Source of the DNA: Candidatus Krumholzibacteriota bacterium
GTDB lineage: Bacteria > Krumholzibacteriota > Krumholzibacteriia > JAJRXK01
Length of the DNA stretch: 64,000 nt
Direction of reading: 5' to 3'
Assembly (NCBI GenBank): GCA_963727455.1
Contig: CAVSGG010000003.1
Span: 1-64,000, forward strand
Positions 29,078 through 40,912 of this stretch are shown here, in pieces. Positions within the stretch are counted from its first letter, which is position 1, and every line of letters begins with the position of its first letter. A program made the translations under genes and the position numbers. Below the pieces are notes generated by a model, which was not told the DNA's origin, did no database searches, and worked only from the letters and a program-made list of their open reading frames with translations.

Positions 29078-29404
29078 CTAGTCCCAGATTCCCAAGAACG
29101 CCTTTGCGTCCTCGTTGCAATGAGTCTTGGGGTCCCAGGGCGGGTTCCACACCAATTCGACCTCGACCTGGCGCACGTCGGGAATTTGCTGCGCCATCAT
29201 TTGCACCCCGCTGATGATCTCCGGTCCCATGGGGCACATCTGGCTGGTGAGCGTCATGATGACCTTCAACTTGTGCTCTTCGGCGTCCCACTCGTGGCCG
29301 TAGATCAAGCCCAGGTCCACGATGCTCAATCCGATTTCGGGGTCCTTCACCGGCAACAGCTGAGTCTTCACTTCGTCGAAATCGATCTCACGTGTCTCGT
29401 TCAC
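29078..29404 (-). CDS. sufT: DUF59 / SufT metal-sulfur cluster assembly factor
   Basis: VKDPEIGLSIVDLGLIY, MTLT..CP, LVWNPPW. Confidence 0.9.
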   Translation of the reverse strand: MNETREIDFDEVKTQLLPVKDPEIGLSIVDLGLIYGHEWDAEEHKLKVIMTLTSQMCPMGPEIISGVQMMAQQIPDVRQVEVELVWNPPWDPKTHCNEDAKAFLGIWD

Positions 29405-29928
29405 ACCGGCCTCTTTTCGTCTTGTTCATCCTTGACCATGTTGGGACGCTTGCCGAACTGCGGATCTTCGGTGGTAGAGGGTTTGGCGTGCTCGCCATGC
29501 TCGTAAGCGTCGATTGCGTCCAGGAGTGTGGTCCACGGCAGAAGCGCGCACTTGATGCGCACGGGAAACTTCTGCACTCCCTCTAGGGCCTCCAGATCGC
29601 CCAGATCGTAGTCTTCGGGACGGATCTCCCCGTGCATCATGCGCTTGAAGTGTTCGGCGAGATCACGCGCCTCCTGGAGGGTCTTTCCACGCAGAATCTC
29701 GGCCAGCATCGAACCCGAAGAAACGGAGATGGAACAGCCGCGGCCCAGGCTGTGCACTCCGACGATCCTACCATCCACGATACGCAGGCCGACCTTCACC
29801 TCGTCACCGCAGACGGGATTGAAGCCCTCGTTTTCCACGTCGTAACGGTCCAAGGGGCAGTGTCCGCGCGGGTTCTTGTAATGGTCGAGCACCACTTCCC
29901 GGTACATTCCATCCAGTGCGTCATTCAT
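29401..29928 (-). CDS. sufU: SUF system NifU-family protein
   Basis: YREVVLDHYKNPR, NPVCGD, GCSIS..S.SM, FPVRIKCALLPW. Confidence 0.93.
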   Translation of the reverse strand: MNDALDGMYREVVLDHYKNPRGHCPLDRYDVENEGFNPVCGDEVKVGLRIVDGRIVGVHSLGRGCSISVSSGSMLAEILRGKTLQEARDLAEHFKRMMHGEIRPEDYDLGDLEALEGVQKFPVRIKCALLPWTTLLDAIDAYEHGEHAKPSTTEDPQFGKRPNMVKDEQDEKRPV

Positions 29929-31195
29929 GACCAAAGTACTTCCGGCATTCGTGCAGAGCGGCGACGAGAGCATCCACGTCGTCGCGGTCGTTATAACAAT
30001 GAAAGGATGCGCGCGCGGTCGCAACCACGCCCAGACGACGCATCAAGGGCTGCGCGCAATGGTGTCCGGCGCGAATCGCCACCCCGTGGGTGTCGACGAT
30101 GGTCGAGAGATCGTGCGGGTGCACGTTCTTGTCGTGGAAGGTCACCACGCCCGCTCCGCGCGAGGTGTCCGACGGTCCGAAGAGACGAAAGCCCCCCATC
30201 TCTTCCAGCTTCTTGCGCGCGTAGAGGGTGAGCATCGCCTCGTGCTGCGCCACCTTGTCAAAGCCCAGTTGCTCGAGGTAGTCGATCGCGGCGCCGAACG
30301 CGACCACACCCGCGATGTTGGGAGTGCCCGCCTCGAACTTCCAGGGCAGGTCGTTGTAGCTGGCCCGGTCGAGGAAGACCTCGCGGATCATCTCGCCTCC
30401 GCCCAAAAACGGGTCCATCTCCTGCAGCAATTCCGGCCGCGCCCACAGCACTCCCACTCCGGTCGGCCCCAGCATCTTGTGCGCGCTGAATGCGTAGGCG
30501 TCGACCCCCAGCTCGCTGAGATCGACGGGCAAGTGCGGCACGGCCTGCGCGCCGTCTACCACCACGATCGCGCCCGCTTCGTGCGCCGCCTCCGCCATCT
30601 CTTTGATCGGATTCACGGTGCCCAGCACGTTCGACTTGTGCGAAATCGCCAGCAGTTTGGTGCGATGGTTCAAGAGCTTGCCGAAGCTCTCGAAATCCAG
30701 GAGACCTTCGGGCGTGATGGGAATCGCGCGCAGGGTGGCGCCGGTCACCCGCGCCGCCTCGATCCAGGGAATGAGATTGCTGTGGTGCTCCATCTCGCTG
30801 ACGAGAATCTCGTCGCCCTTCGCCAAACGCGGGCGCGCCCACGAATAGGCCATCAAGTTCAGCGACTCGGTCGCGTTGCGCGTGAACACCACGCCACTGC
30901 GCGGCACCCCTCCCATCAACTTGGCGACCTTATCGCGCACCCCCTCGTAGGCCTGGGTGGCCTCTTCGCCGAGAGTGTGGATGGCGCGGTGCACGTTCGC
31001 GTTGCTGTGCGTGTAGTAATACTGCAGCGCATCCAGGACGCTCTTGGGTTTCTGGGTGGTGGCGGCGCTATCCAGATAGACCAGACGCTGTCCGTTGACC
31101 TTCCGCGTCAGAATCGGGAAGTCCTCGCGGATTCTCGCGATATTCAAGGGCGCATGTTCCGCACTCGCAGCGAGGGAAGACTTCGGCATCATCAA
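29921..31195 (-). CDS. sufS: Cysteine desulfurase
   Basis: YLDSAATTQKP, FSAHKMLGPTG, KFEAGTP, RAGHHCAQP. Confidence 0.96.
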   Translation of the reverse strand: MMMPKSSLAASAEHAPLNIARIREDFPILTRKVNGQRLVYLDSAATTQKPKSVLDALQYYYTHSNANVHRAIHTLGEEATQAYEGVRDKVAKLMGGVPRSGVVFTRNATESLNLMAYSWARPRLAKGDEILVSEMEHHSNLIPWIEAARVTGATLRAIPITPEGLLDFESFGKLLNHRTKLLAISHKSNVLGTVNPIKEMAEAAHEAGAIVVVDGAQAVPHLPVDLSELGVDAYAFSAHKMLGPTGVGVLWARPELLQEMDPFLGGGEMIREVFLDRASYNDLPWKFEAGTPNIAGVVAFGAAIDYLEQLGFDKVAQHEAMLTLYARKKLEEMGGFRLFGPSDTSRGAGVVTFHDKNVHPHDLSTIVDTHGVAIRAGHHCAQPLMRRLGVVATARASFHCYNDRDDVDALVAALHECRKYFGHE

Positions 31196-31509
31196 TCATC
31201 CTCGATTTTCACGAAGACCTCGCCACCCTCCACCTTGACCGCAAAGCTGTCGACGGCGGCGGCAGCGGGCATCCGGGTGACGTGACCATCGCGCACGTCG
31301 AAGCGCGCGCCATGACGGGGACATTCGATTTCAAACCCCCTCAGGCATCCCTCACCCAAGGGAGCGCCGTCGTGGGTGCAGACGTCCTCGATGGCGAAAT
31401 ACTCCTCGCCCACCCGGCAGAGGGCCACGCGCAGATCTCCCAGATCGAAGGAGCGGGTTTGGCCGTCTTGGATTTCGTCGCTCTTGGCGACGCGCACGAA
31501 CTCCGCCAT
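31192..31509 (-). CDS. Rieske-type [2Fe-2S] ferredoxin
   Basis: CTH...CPRHGARFD. Confidence 0.92.
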   Translation of the reverse strand: MAEFVRVAKSDEIQDGQTRSFDLGDLRVALCRVGEEYFAIEDVCTHDGAPLGEGCLRGFEIECPRHGARFDVRDGHVTRMPAAAAVDSFAVKVEGGEVFVKIEDD

Positions 31510-31510
31510 G

Positions 31511-32842
31511 TCAAATCTCCTGAAGACGTGAATCCAGCTCTTGGCGCAAGGGGTCCTGCAAGTGCTCGGGGACCCGCTGCAGAATCGCTTCCAAAAAACC
31601 GCGCACGATCTCGCGGATTGCTTCTTTCTCGGGAATTCCACGGCTCATGAGATAGAAGAGCTCGTCGGGATCGACTTGGCCCACCGTGGCCCCGTGGCTG
31701 CACTGCACTTCGTCGATCTTGATCTCCAGTTCGGGAATACTCTCCGCGCGCGCCTTCTCGTTCAGCAGGAGATTGTTGTTCTGCTGGTAGGCGCTGCTGA
31801 AGGGCGCCTCCTTTTCGATGGTGATGTTGCCGGTGTAGGCGCTGCGCGCGCGGCCGCTCACCACCGCCTTGAAGTCCAGATTACTGTTGGTATGTGGCGC
31901 GCTGTGATGGTGCACCGTGTGATGATCGAAGGCCTGGCGGCCCCGGCCGTAGAGCAGACCGATGGTCTCCACCTCGCTGCCCTCGCCCGCCAGGAGCGTC
32001 CCCGTATCCAACTTCATGGACTTGGCGCCCAGGCTCAGGATCGCCGAAAGCGCGTGGGCGTCCTTGGCGAGGCGGATGCGTTGGGTGAGGTGCGCGATGG
32101 TCCCCTCGTTCATGGTCTGGACCAGCAAGTGGGTGAGCCTGGATGCCGCGCCAGCGAAGATCTCGCTCACGCCGTAGAGCTGATGGGCCGCGTCGTTGCC
32201 GCGCGCTGCACCGTCGCCAGTGCGAGCCTCCGCTGCACCGTCGCCCCCCGGCGTACCCGGCGCCGGAGCCTTCGCATCGTGATGCTTCTCGACCAGGGTC
32301 AGCTCCGCCCTTTCGCCGACGAAGGCCAAGAGCCGGCAGGCCTCGCTGCGCGCGCTGCTGAAGTCCAGGGTCAGCTCCTTCTCGAGCCGCACTCCCTTGG
32401 GCACGAGCAGGAAGAGTCCGTGCCTCCACAGCGCCTGATTCAGGGCCTCGAAGCGACCGAACTCGGCACCAATGAGCGCTCCCAGATGCTGCTGCACCAG
32501 CGGGCCGTACTCGAGATGCGCCGCCGCGGCGGCGAGAGAGAGCAAGACGACGCCCTTCGCGCGCGCCTCCTCGTTGAGCTTCGGGGCGGCGGGAACGGCT
32601 GCGGCGCGCTTCGCTTCGGAAACGAGCCCGGCGCCATCGCCCGACAGCGGCCCCACCGGTTCGAATTGGGCGGGATCGCTATAGCGCCAGAGATGCGCCG
32701 CACGATCGGGAGCGGCCCCCTGCAGAAAGCTCTGCAGCGCGGAACTTCGCTGCTCGAGGAGCCAGGCGGGTTCCTCGCGGAGCCGCGAGAATTCCTCGAG
32801 CTCCTCGTGGCTGGAGATGGGCTTGACGAGAGACTGTGGCAT
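31511..32842 (-). CDS. sufD: Fe-S cluster assembly protein SufD
   Basis: [39 protein letters not shown]. Confidence 0.92.
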   Translation of the reverse strand: MPQSLVKPISSHEELEEFSRLREEPAWLLEQRSSALQSFLQGAAPDRAAHLWRYSDPAQFEPVGPLSGDGAGLVSEAKRAAAVPAAPKLNEEARAKGVVLLSLAAAAAHLEYGPLVQQHLGALIGAEFGRFEALNQALWRHGLFLLVPKGVRLEKELTLDFSSARSEACRLLAFVGERAELTLVEKHHDAKAPAPGTPGGDGAAEARTGDGAARGNDAAHQLYGVSEIFAGAASRLTHLLVQTMNEGTIAHLTQRIRLAKDAHALSAILSLGAKSMKLDTGTLLAGEGSEVETIGLLYGRGRQAFDHHTVHHHSAPHTNSNLDFKAVVSGRARSAYTGNITIEKEAPFSSAYQQNNNLLLNEKARAESIPELEIKIDEVQCSHGATVGQVDPDELFYLMSRGIPEKEAIREIVRGFLEAILQRVPEHLQDPLRQELDSRLQEI

Positions 32843-32956
32843 GGTCTTCCTGCTTGAAAATCCTCGGGAGTTTGGCGGATGCTGGCTCGGCCCTGAGAGC
32901 TTTCGCGCGGCCAAGCTCGGCTCGCCCTGCTTTGGCGCGGCCTCACAAGCCGTGGC

Positions 32957-34384
32957 TCAGCCCACCGATCCTTCCATTTCCATTTCGATCAAACGGTTCA
33001 GTTCGACCGCATACTCCATGGGCAGCTCCTTCGTGAACGGTTCGATGAAGCCGTTGACGATGAGCAGGCGCGCCTCCTGCGCGCTGATACCGCGACTCAT
33101 GAGATAAAAGAGCTGCTCTTCGCCCACCTTCGACACCCGCGCCTCGTGTTCCACCTGCACGCGTTCTCCGCGCACTTCCATGGTGGGATAGGTGTCGCTG
33201 CGGCTGTCCTCGTCCAGCAGCAACGCGTCGCACTCGACCGAGACCTTGCAGTCGGTGGCGCCGGGATGGACCTTCACCAGCCCGCGATAACTCGAGCGGC
33301 CGCCGTCCTTGGAAATCGACTTCGAGGTGACGGTCGAAGTGGTGCGCGGCGCGGCATGAATGACCTTGCTGCCCGCGTCCTGGTGCTGCCCCTCGCCCGC
33401 GAACGCGACCGAGAGAATCTCGCCCTTCGCCCCTTCCCCCATCAGATAGATGCAGGGGAACTTCATGGTGAGCTTGCTGCCGATATTGCCATCCACCCAT
33501 TCCACGGTGGCGTTCTTGTGCGCTACCGCGCGCTTGGTGACCAGATTGTAGATATTGTTCGACCAGTTCTGGATGGTGGTGTAGCGGATGTACGCGTCTT
33601 CCTGCGCGATGAGCTCGACCACCGCGGAGTGCAGCGAGTCGGTGCTGTAATTCGGCGCGGTGCACCCTTCGATGTAGTGCACGCGGCTCCCCTTGTCGGC
33701 GATGATGAGCGTGCGCTCGAACTGCCCCGCGTTCTCGGCGTTGATGCGAAAGTACGCCTGCAGGGGAATCTCGACCTCCACTCCGGGAGGCACGTAGATG
33801 AAGCTGCCGCCGGACCACACCGCCGAATTCAGAGCTGCGAACTTGTTATCCTCGGGAGGAATCACCGTCGCGAAGTATTTCTTCACGATCTCCGGATGGC
33901 GCTTGAGCCCTTCGTCCATGCCGAAGAAATGAATGCCCTGTTCCTCGAGCTCCTTCTTCACCGAGTGGTAGACGACCTCGCTCTCGTACTGCGCGCTCAC
34001 TCCGGCCAGGAATTTCCGCTCGGCTTCGGGAATCCCCAAGCGGTCGAAAGTCTTTTTGATGTTGGCCGGAACATCGTCCCAAGTCTTGCCCTGCATCGCC
34101 ATGGGCTTGATGTAATAGTAGATGTTCTCGAAGTCGATCGCGCCCAACTCGCGGGTGTTGCCCCAGGTGGGCATGGGCTTGGCCAAATAGATGTCCAGCG
34201 CGTCGTGGCGGAACTGGCGCATCCACTCCGGCTCTTCCTTCATGCGGCTCATCATCTCCACCACTTCGTGGTTCAGACCGCGCGCACCCTTGTGAAAATA
34301 TTCCTCGGGATCGTGAAATCCGTACTTTTCCGCGTAGTCGTCGCGAAATCCGGCGCCCCGTGCCTTGGCAGTTGGCGTTTCCAT
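32957..34384 (-). CDS. sufB: Fe-S cluster assembly protein SufB
   Basis: [55 protein letters not shown]. Confidence 0.97.
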   Translation of the reverse strand: METPTAKARGAGFRDDYAEKYGFHDPEEYFHKGARGLNHEVVEMMSRMKEEPEWMRQFRHDALDIYLAKPMPTWGNTRELGAIDFENIYYYIKPMAMQGKTWDDVPANIKKTFDRLGIPEAERKFLAGVSAQYESEVVYHSVKKELEEQGIHFFGMDEGLKRHPEIVKKYFATVIPPEDNKFAALNSAVWSGGSFIYVPPGVEVEIPLQAYFRINAENAGQFERTLIIADKGSRVHYIEGCTAPNYSTDSLHSAVVELIAQEDAYIRYTTIQNWSNNIYNLVTKRAVAHKNATVEWVDGNIGSKLTMKFPCIYLMGEGAKGEILSVAFAGEGQHQDAGSKVIHAAPRTTSTVTSKSISKDGGRSSYRGLVKVHPGATDCKVSVECDALLLDEDSRSDTYPTMEVRGERVQVEHEARVSKVGEEQLFYLMSRGISAQEARLLIVNGFIEPFTKELPMEYAVELNRLIEMEMEGSVG

Positions 34385-34386
34385 GG

Positions 34387-35160
34387 TCAAGCCCCCTTCG
34401 TCCCGGCGAACACTTCCTTCTCGATCCACTCGTAGCCCTTCTCCTCGAGTTCCTTGGCGAACTCGGGGCCTCCGCTGCGCACGATGCGGCCGTCCATGTA
34501 GACGTGCACCGTGTGCGGTTTAACGTAGTTGAGGATGCGCTGGTAGTGGGTTACCAGAAGTACGCCGGTCTCTTCCCCGCAAACGCGGTTGATGCCATCG
34601 CTCACGAGTTTCAATGCATCGATGTCCAGCCCGCTGTCGGTCTCGTCCAGCATCGCTACGCTGGGCTGCAGCATGGCCATTTGTAGAATTTCCAGGCGCT
34701 TCTTCTCTCCTCCGCTGAATCCGTCGTTCACGTAACGGCCAGCGAACTCGCGCGGAATCTCCAGCAACTCGAACTGCTCCATGAGTTGCTGGCGAAATTC
34801 GCGGACGGGCACCTCTTCGCCGCGCCGAGCGTTGACTGCCGAACGCAGAAAGTTGGCCACACTCACTCCGGGAATCGCAGAGGGATACTGAAAGGCGAGA
34901 AAGAGCCCGCGCCGGGCGCGCTCGTCGGCCGGCAGCCCCAGTATTTCCTCGCCGAGGAGTTTGACGCTGCCGCCGGTGACGGTATAGGAAGGATGGCCCA
35001 TCACCGCGTTGGTCAGGGTGCTCTTGCCGCTCCCGTTGGGACCCATCACCGCGACCTTCTCGCCCGCGTGCAGGGTGAGATTCAGACCCTTCACGATTTC
35101 CTTGTCTTCGATGGAAACGTGGAGGTCCTCGATCTGCAGCAAAATCTTCCGCTCGTTCAT
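34387..35160 (-). CDS. sufC: Fe-S cluster assembly ATPase SufC
   Basis: [46 protein letters not shown]. Confidence 0.96.
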   Translation of the reverse strand: MNERKILLQIEDLHVSIEDKEIVKGLNLTLHAGEKVAVMGPNGSGKSTLTNAVMGHPSYTVTGGSVKLLGEEILGLPADERARRGLFLAFQYPSAIPGVSVANFLRSAVNARRGEEVPVREFRQQLMEQFELLEIPREFAGRYVNDGFSGGEKKRLEILQMAMLQPSVAMLDETDSGLDIDALKLVSDGINRVCGEETGVLLVTHYQRILNYVKPHTVHVYMDGRIVRSGGPEFAKELEEKGYEWIEKEVFAGTKGA

Positions 35161-35219
35161 CGTCCAACTCCTGCCCGCGTGAAGCGGGAAACGGCTTCGA
35201 CCCGTCGTCGCCTTCGTTT

Positions 35220-35708
35220 CTAGCGCGGGGTCATTTCGTGTTCGAAACTCTTCAAAATGAGGCGCCGCGGTTCTTCGAAGCGCTCCTGCACGCGGCCGAA
35301 GCACAGGAGGTCCGCCAGCGAGGTGCCCGAGAGCACCGTGGAGAGCAAACCGTCGAGCACACCCCAGAGCGAGCGGATGTTGCACTGCGAACCCGCGTGC
35401 ACGCAGGCCTCGCCCTTTCCGTTGTGGTCTTCGCAAAAACTGCCCTCGAAGAGCTGTCCGGAGAACGCGGACAGAACTTCCTGGACCGAGATCTCGGCGG
35501 GGGGCCGTTTGAGAACGTACCCCCCACTCCTTCCCCGGACTGCCTCCACCAAACCGCGATCGCGCAACTGACCCAGGAGCTTGGCCGCATAGGAGGGGGT
35601 GAGAGCCTCTTCCTTGGCGATCTCATTCAGGCTGCGTGCCCCCAGGGGGGGACGCGCCAGCTGGAGAATGCAGCGTAGGCCATATTCTTCCTGTGAAGAG
35701 ATCTTCAT
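35220..35708 (-). CDS. Rrf2-family (IscR-like) transcriptional regulator
   Basis: MKIS..EYGLR, RGRSGGY, three C-terminal Cys; first gene of the suf operon. Confidence 0.9.
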   Translation of the reverse strand: MKISSQEEYGLRCILQLARPPLGARSLNEIAKEEALTPSYAAKLLGQLRDRGLVEAVRGRSGGYVLKRPPAEISVQEVLSAFSGQLFEGSFCEDHNGKGEACVHAGSQCNIRSLWGVLDGLLSTVLSGTSLADLLCFGRVQERFEEPRRLILKSFEHEMTPR

Positions 35709-35759
35709 GAGCCAAAAACCTGCTGTCTTTCCGCATCCGGTTCCGCCCGGAGCGAAGCA

Positions 35760-35790
35760 AAAGTACAAAACTCTACTCTTTTGTCAAGTA
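35760..35790 (-). promoter_or_regulatory. suf operon promoter overlapping a putative Rrf2 operator
   Basis: Minus strand TACTTGACAAAAGAGTAGAGTTTTGTACTTT: TTGACA-16-TACTTT within an AT-rich imperfect dyad. Confidence 0.55.
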
Positions 35791-35870
35791 TAAGGCGGGC
35801 GGGGGGAAAGTGCCAGCGGGAAATCCCGCTTAATCACTTTAAAAAACAATGACTTAGGGAACTAATTCCC

Positions 35871-36458
35871 TCAGGATTTCCCCTGCAGGTAGTCGATCAC
35901 CATCTGGTAGGCTGGCTGACCGTCGGCCAGCAGTCGCCCCTGGGCATCGTAGACGCGAAAATGGGGCACGCTGTGCAGCTTGAACTGGCGTGCCACCGGG
36001 GATCCCCAGTCGATTCCGGTGACCCCTGGCCGGTTGATGTCGACCTTGATCACCGTGAGGTCGTCCCGCTGTTCATCCAGACGGCGCAAATGGGGAGAAA
36101 TCTGCCGGCAGGGCCCGCAATACTGGCTATAGAAGTCGATGATGTTGATCTGGCCCTTGACCAGATGCTTGGCAAGTTCGATGGGCGCCCCATGGGCGAG
36201 CACGATTTCCGGTTCGTCCGCGTTCGGAGGAGGCGGCACGGTCTCCGCTTGCGGAACCGCTTCGGCCGCGGCACTGGGGACCTCGGCACTCGGGGCGCCG
36301 TTCTCCGGCACGCCGCTGTTCTGGGCACTGGCATTCTGGGAACTGCCGCTTTGGGCCGAAGAATCGCTTCGTCCGCAGCCACTTGTCGCGAGAAGGGCCA
36401 GCAACGAGACCAGAGTCAGCGCCGGAGTCGGAGATGGAAACCACCGGAAGGAACGCAT
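35871..36458 (-). CDS. Thioredoxin-domain lipoprotein
   Basis: Lipobox TSG-C, low-complexity linker, IDFYSQYCGPC. Confidence 0.85.
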   Translation of the reverse strand: MRSFRWFPSPTPALTLVSLLALLATSGCGRSDSSAQSGSSQNASAQNSGVPENGAPSAEVPSAAAEAVPQAETVPPPPNADEPEIVLAHGAPIELAKHLVKGQINIIDFYSQYCGPCRQISPHLRRLDEQRDDLTVIKVDINRPGVTGIDWGSPVARQFKLHSVPHFRVYDAQGRLLADGQPAYQMVIDYLQGKS

Positions 36459-36734
36459 GGAACACCTTTCGTGGTGAAAGCCCCTGGATTGCCAGCTAAA
36501 GTAAGCAAGTCCCCCCGCCGAGCCAAATTTCCCAGGGCGGCGCAGAGAGCTTGCCCTGAAGCTCCGCGATTGGATCGCGGCTTGCGAGAGTTCGGCGTGG
36601 CCTCTATCGTCGCGCCGAGCCCTCGATTTCCTCCCCCAAGCGGCGGCTCGCTGCCAAAACCCCCTCCCGGGCAGCCACCCGGGCGAATTCTCCAGCCGGC
36701 GCCCGCGCCGGCGCCGATGTCCTGAGGCGGATTC

Positions 36735-36965
36735 ATGGCCGATCCCACCGACAAGGTCGCGAGTAACGTTCCCGGCCCCTATTACGTCGATTCGCAGTGC
36801 ATCGATTGCGACCTGTGCCGCCAGACGGCGCCGTCGAATTTCGAGCGCAACGAGGACGAGGGCTATAGTTATGTCTACAAGCAGCCCGAGACCAAAGAGG
36901 AGCTCGAGCAGTGCCAGGAGGCCCTGGAGGAGTGTCCCGTCGAAGCCATCGGGCAAGATGGCTGA
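36735..36965 (+). CDS. Ferredoxin
   Basis: YYVDSQCIDCDLCRQTAP...CPVEAIG. Confidence 0.93.
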   Translation: MADPTDKVASNVPGPYYVDSQCIDCDLCRQTAPSNFERNEDEGYSYVYKQPETKEELEQCQEALEECPVEAIGQDG

Positions 36966-36993
36966 GAGAGAGAAGGCGGCCGAGGGAGAGACC

Positions 36994-37581
36994 ATGAAAC
37001 AACTCTTGAACGTGGCTCGCATGGGCAATCCGATCCTGCGCCGCAAGGCCGAGGAGGTCGCGCTCGCGCGCATTCCAGAGCCCGAATTCCAGGACTTTCT
37101 GGACAGCATGATCCTGACCATGCACGAGTACGAGGGCGTGGGACTGGCCGCGCCGCAAGTGCACCAGAGTCTGCGAGTCGTCGTTCTGCACGAGGAGGCC
37201 GGCATCGCGAACGAGGGCGAGCAGCCGCTCACGGTGCTCATCAATCCGCGCATCACCGTCCTGACCAAGGATCGCTCCTCGATGTGGGAGGGCTGCCTCA
37301 GCGTGCCCGGCCTGCGTGGCAAGGTGAGCCGTCCCAATCGGATACGGCTGCAAGCACTGGACCGCGCGGGCAAAACGATCCAGCTCGAGCTGGACGGATT
37401 CGCCGCCATCGTGATCCAGCACGAATGCGATCACCTGGACGGGGTACTCTTCTTGGACCGCATCGAGAACCGCCAGGAGCTGGCCTTCGAGCGCGAATTC
37501 GAGCGCTACTTCCGCCCCGAGCTGGAAACGGAGTTCGAAGCGGAGGGCGAAAACGCGGCCGAAGAGGAAGAGGCGAGCTAG
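36994..37581 (+). CDS. def: Peptide deformylase
   Basis: GVGLAAPQV, EGCLS, QHECDHL. Confidence 0.96.
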   Translation: MKQLLNVARMGNPILRRKAEEVALARIPEPEFQDFLDSMILTMHEYEGVGLAAPQVHQSLRVVVLHEEAGIANEGEQPLTVLINPRITVLTKDRSSMWEGCLSVPGLRGKVSRPNRIRLQALDRAGKTIQLELDGFAAIVIQHECDHLDGVLFLDRIENRQELAFEREFERYFRPELETEFEAEGENAAEEEEAS

Positions 37582-37586
37582 GGCCG

Positions 37587-38066
37587 GTGGCTTCCAGTCT
37601 GCCCCGCCGTCCCTCGCGTCCCGACCACGAGCGACGCAAGCAGAAGGCGCTCACCCTCGCGGTCGGGCAGTTCAACCACGCCCTCTACTTCGAATGCCAC
37701 GAGACCCTCGAAGAGATCTGGCTGGAGGAATCCGGATCGGACGCCCTCTTCTTGCAGGGAATCATCCAGGCCGCCGCCGCCCTGCACAATCTCCATCGCG
37801 ACCGCTTCGAGGGTCCGGCGCGCCTTCTGGCCGCGGCGCGCGCGAAGCTCCTTCCCTACGGTCCGAGCCACCTCGGGGTCGACCTTCGCTCCTTCTGCGA
37901 TCTCTTGCAGGAGCTGCACGCAAGGGCCCGTGAGCGCGACCGCGCCCGGGCCGAAAAGACAGCGGACGAAACTGCAGAGCCGGGAAGCGAAGCCGCGAGC
38001 TTGCCGTGGAACCCCCATCCCGCGCCGCGCATCTTCTACCGAGAGCCCCCCTTCGAATACCGCTAG
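37587..38066 (+). CDS. DUF309 family protein
   Basis: FN..YFECHETLEEIW..FLQGIIQ.AAAL. Confidence 0.85.
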   Translation: MASSLPRRPSRPDHERRKQKALTLAVGQFNHALYFECHETLEEIWLEESGSDALFLQGIIQAAAALHNLHRDRFEGPARLLAAARAKLLPYGPSHLGVDLRSFCDLLQELHARARERDRARAEKTADETAEPGSEAASLPWNPHPAPRIFYREPPFEYR

Positions 38067-38106
38067 ACCATTTTCCTTGCAGCCCGCCGGCGGCCTCGAG
38101 CCCATC

Positions 38107-38135
38107 TTGCCCGCATTCTCACGGCCCTCTATACT
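38107..38135 (+). promoter_or_regulatory. sigma70-type promoter of mqnE (near-leaderless)
   Basis: TTGCCC-17-TATACT ending 9 nt before the ATG; no Shine-Dalgarno sequence. Confidence 0.5.
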
Positions 38136-38144
38136 GACTCGATC

Positions 38145-39301
<1,157 letters not shown>

Positions 39302-39305
<4 letters not shown>

Positions 39306-40792
39306 ACCCCGTAACTCCGCCCACGCGCCGCGGCGCAGGATGGCACAGCGCCCGCTGGAGCGGGCTCTTCGCCCTCCTTCTGCCCCTGCTGCTCGTCGCC
39401 TGCGCGGTGAATCCGGTCACCGGCAAGCGCCAGATCTCGCTGATGAGCGAGTCGCAGATGGAATCGCTGGGCGAGAGCAGCGACACGCAGATCGTGGACC
39501 AGTACGGACTGGTGAAGGATCCCCAACTGGCCGCCTACATCGACAGCCTGGGTCAGAGCATCATCCCGGTGAGTCACGTCCCCAACGAGAGCTTCCAGTT
39601 TCGGCTCTTGGATGATGCGGTGGTGAACGCCTTCGCCGTGCCCGGCGGTTACGTCTACGTCACCCGCGGCATCCTGGCCTACCTCAACGACCAGGCCGCC
39701 CTGGCCGGGGTGATGGGGCACGAGGTGGGGCACGTGGCCGCGCGCCACAGCGCGCAGCAGTACACCAAGCAGGTACTGATCGGGGCCGGGCTCTCCCTGG
39801 GCGCAGCGCTGAATTCCACCGTGGCCCAATACGCGCAGCTCGGAGGGGCGGCCGCGCAACTCCTCATGCTCAAGTATAGCCGCGACGACGAGCGCCAGGC
39901 CGACCGCCTGGGGGTGGAGTACGCCAGCAAGTTGCACTACGACACCCACGAGATGGCCGATTTCTTCCACACCCTCGATTCCCTCTACGGCGGCAGCGCC
40001 GGCCTGGCCAACTGGACCAGCACCCATCCTGATCCGGGCGAACGCTACCAGACCGTGAACACCCTCACCCAGGAGTGGCAGGCCAAGCTGCCCGGCCCCT
40101 TCAAGGTGGAGCGCAACAACTACCTGAGCCGGCTGGAGGGCCTCGTCTTCGGGACCGATCCACGCCAGGGGGTGGTGAAGGGGGACGAGTTCGTGCACCC
40201 CATGCTGCGCTTCCGCTTCCCGGTACCCGGCGGCTGGCAAGTGGTCAACACCTCCAGCCAGGTGCAGATGGCTCCGCCGGAGGGCGACGCGGCCGTGTTC
40301 TTCGGGGCCGAGGCGGCCCAGGATCCGGCCAGCGCGGCGCGGGACTTCGCCCAGAAGGCCGAAGTCACGGTGGGGCAGACCCGCAGCCTGAGCATCGGCG
40401 GCTGGCCCGCCACCCAGCAGTTCGGCAGCCTCAGCTCCAGCGATCAGCAGCAGACCCCCTTGAGCCTGGTCTCCACCTTCATCAACCGCGGCGACCATCT
40501 CTTCATCTTTCATGGTCTGAGCGCCAGCAGTGATTTCGAGCGTTTTCGCCCTACTTTCGTAAATGTGGCGCAGGGCTTCGCCGCCCTCACCGATCCGGCC
40601 CTCTTGCAGCTGAAGCCGGTGACCCTGCACATCCTCAAAACCACGCGCACGGCTTCCTTCGCGGAGCAAGTCTCCGCCTGGCCCCTTCCCGAGGATGTCG
40701 ATCTGGGCAGCGGGGGCCTGGCCCTGCTCAATGGCCACGGGCCCCAGGATTCGATCCCCGCGGGGACCCTACTGAAGGTCCTGCGCCGCTGA
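39302..40792 (+). CDS. M48-family zinc metalloprotease lipoprotein
   Basis: LVA-CAVNPVTG, VNAFAVPGG, HEVGH, YSRDDE.QAD, STHP. Confidence 0.92.
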
Positions 40793-40912
40793 GTCCGGGC
40801 GGCTGGGCGTGGCGCGGGCCCGCCTCGATCGTTGAAAAACTTGCCAAGCCCTCAAATCGACCTATCTTGCGCCGGTTTTTCGGCAGAATTTTTGGCTCTG
40901 TAGGAGGACGCC

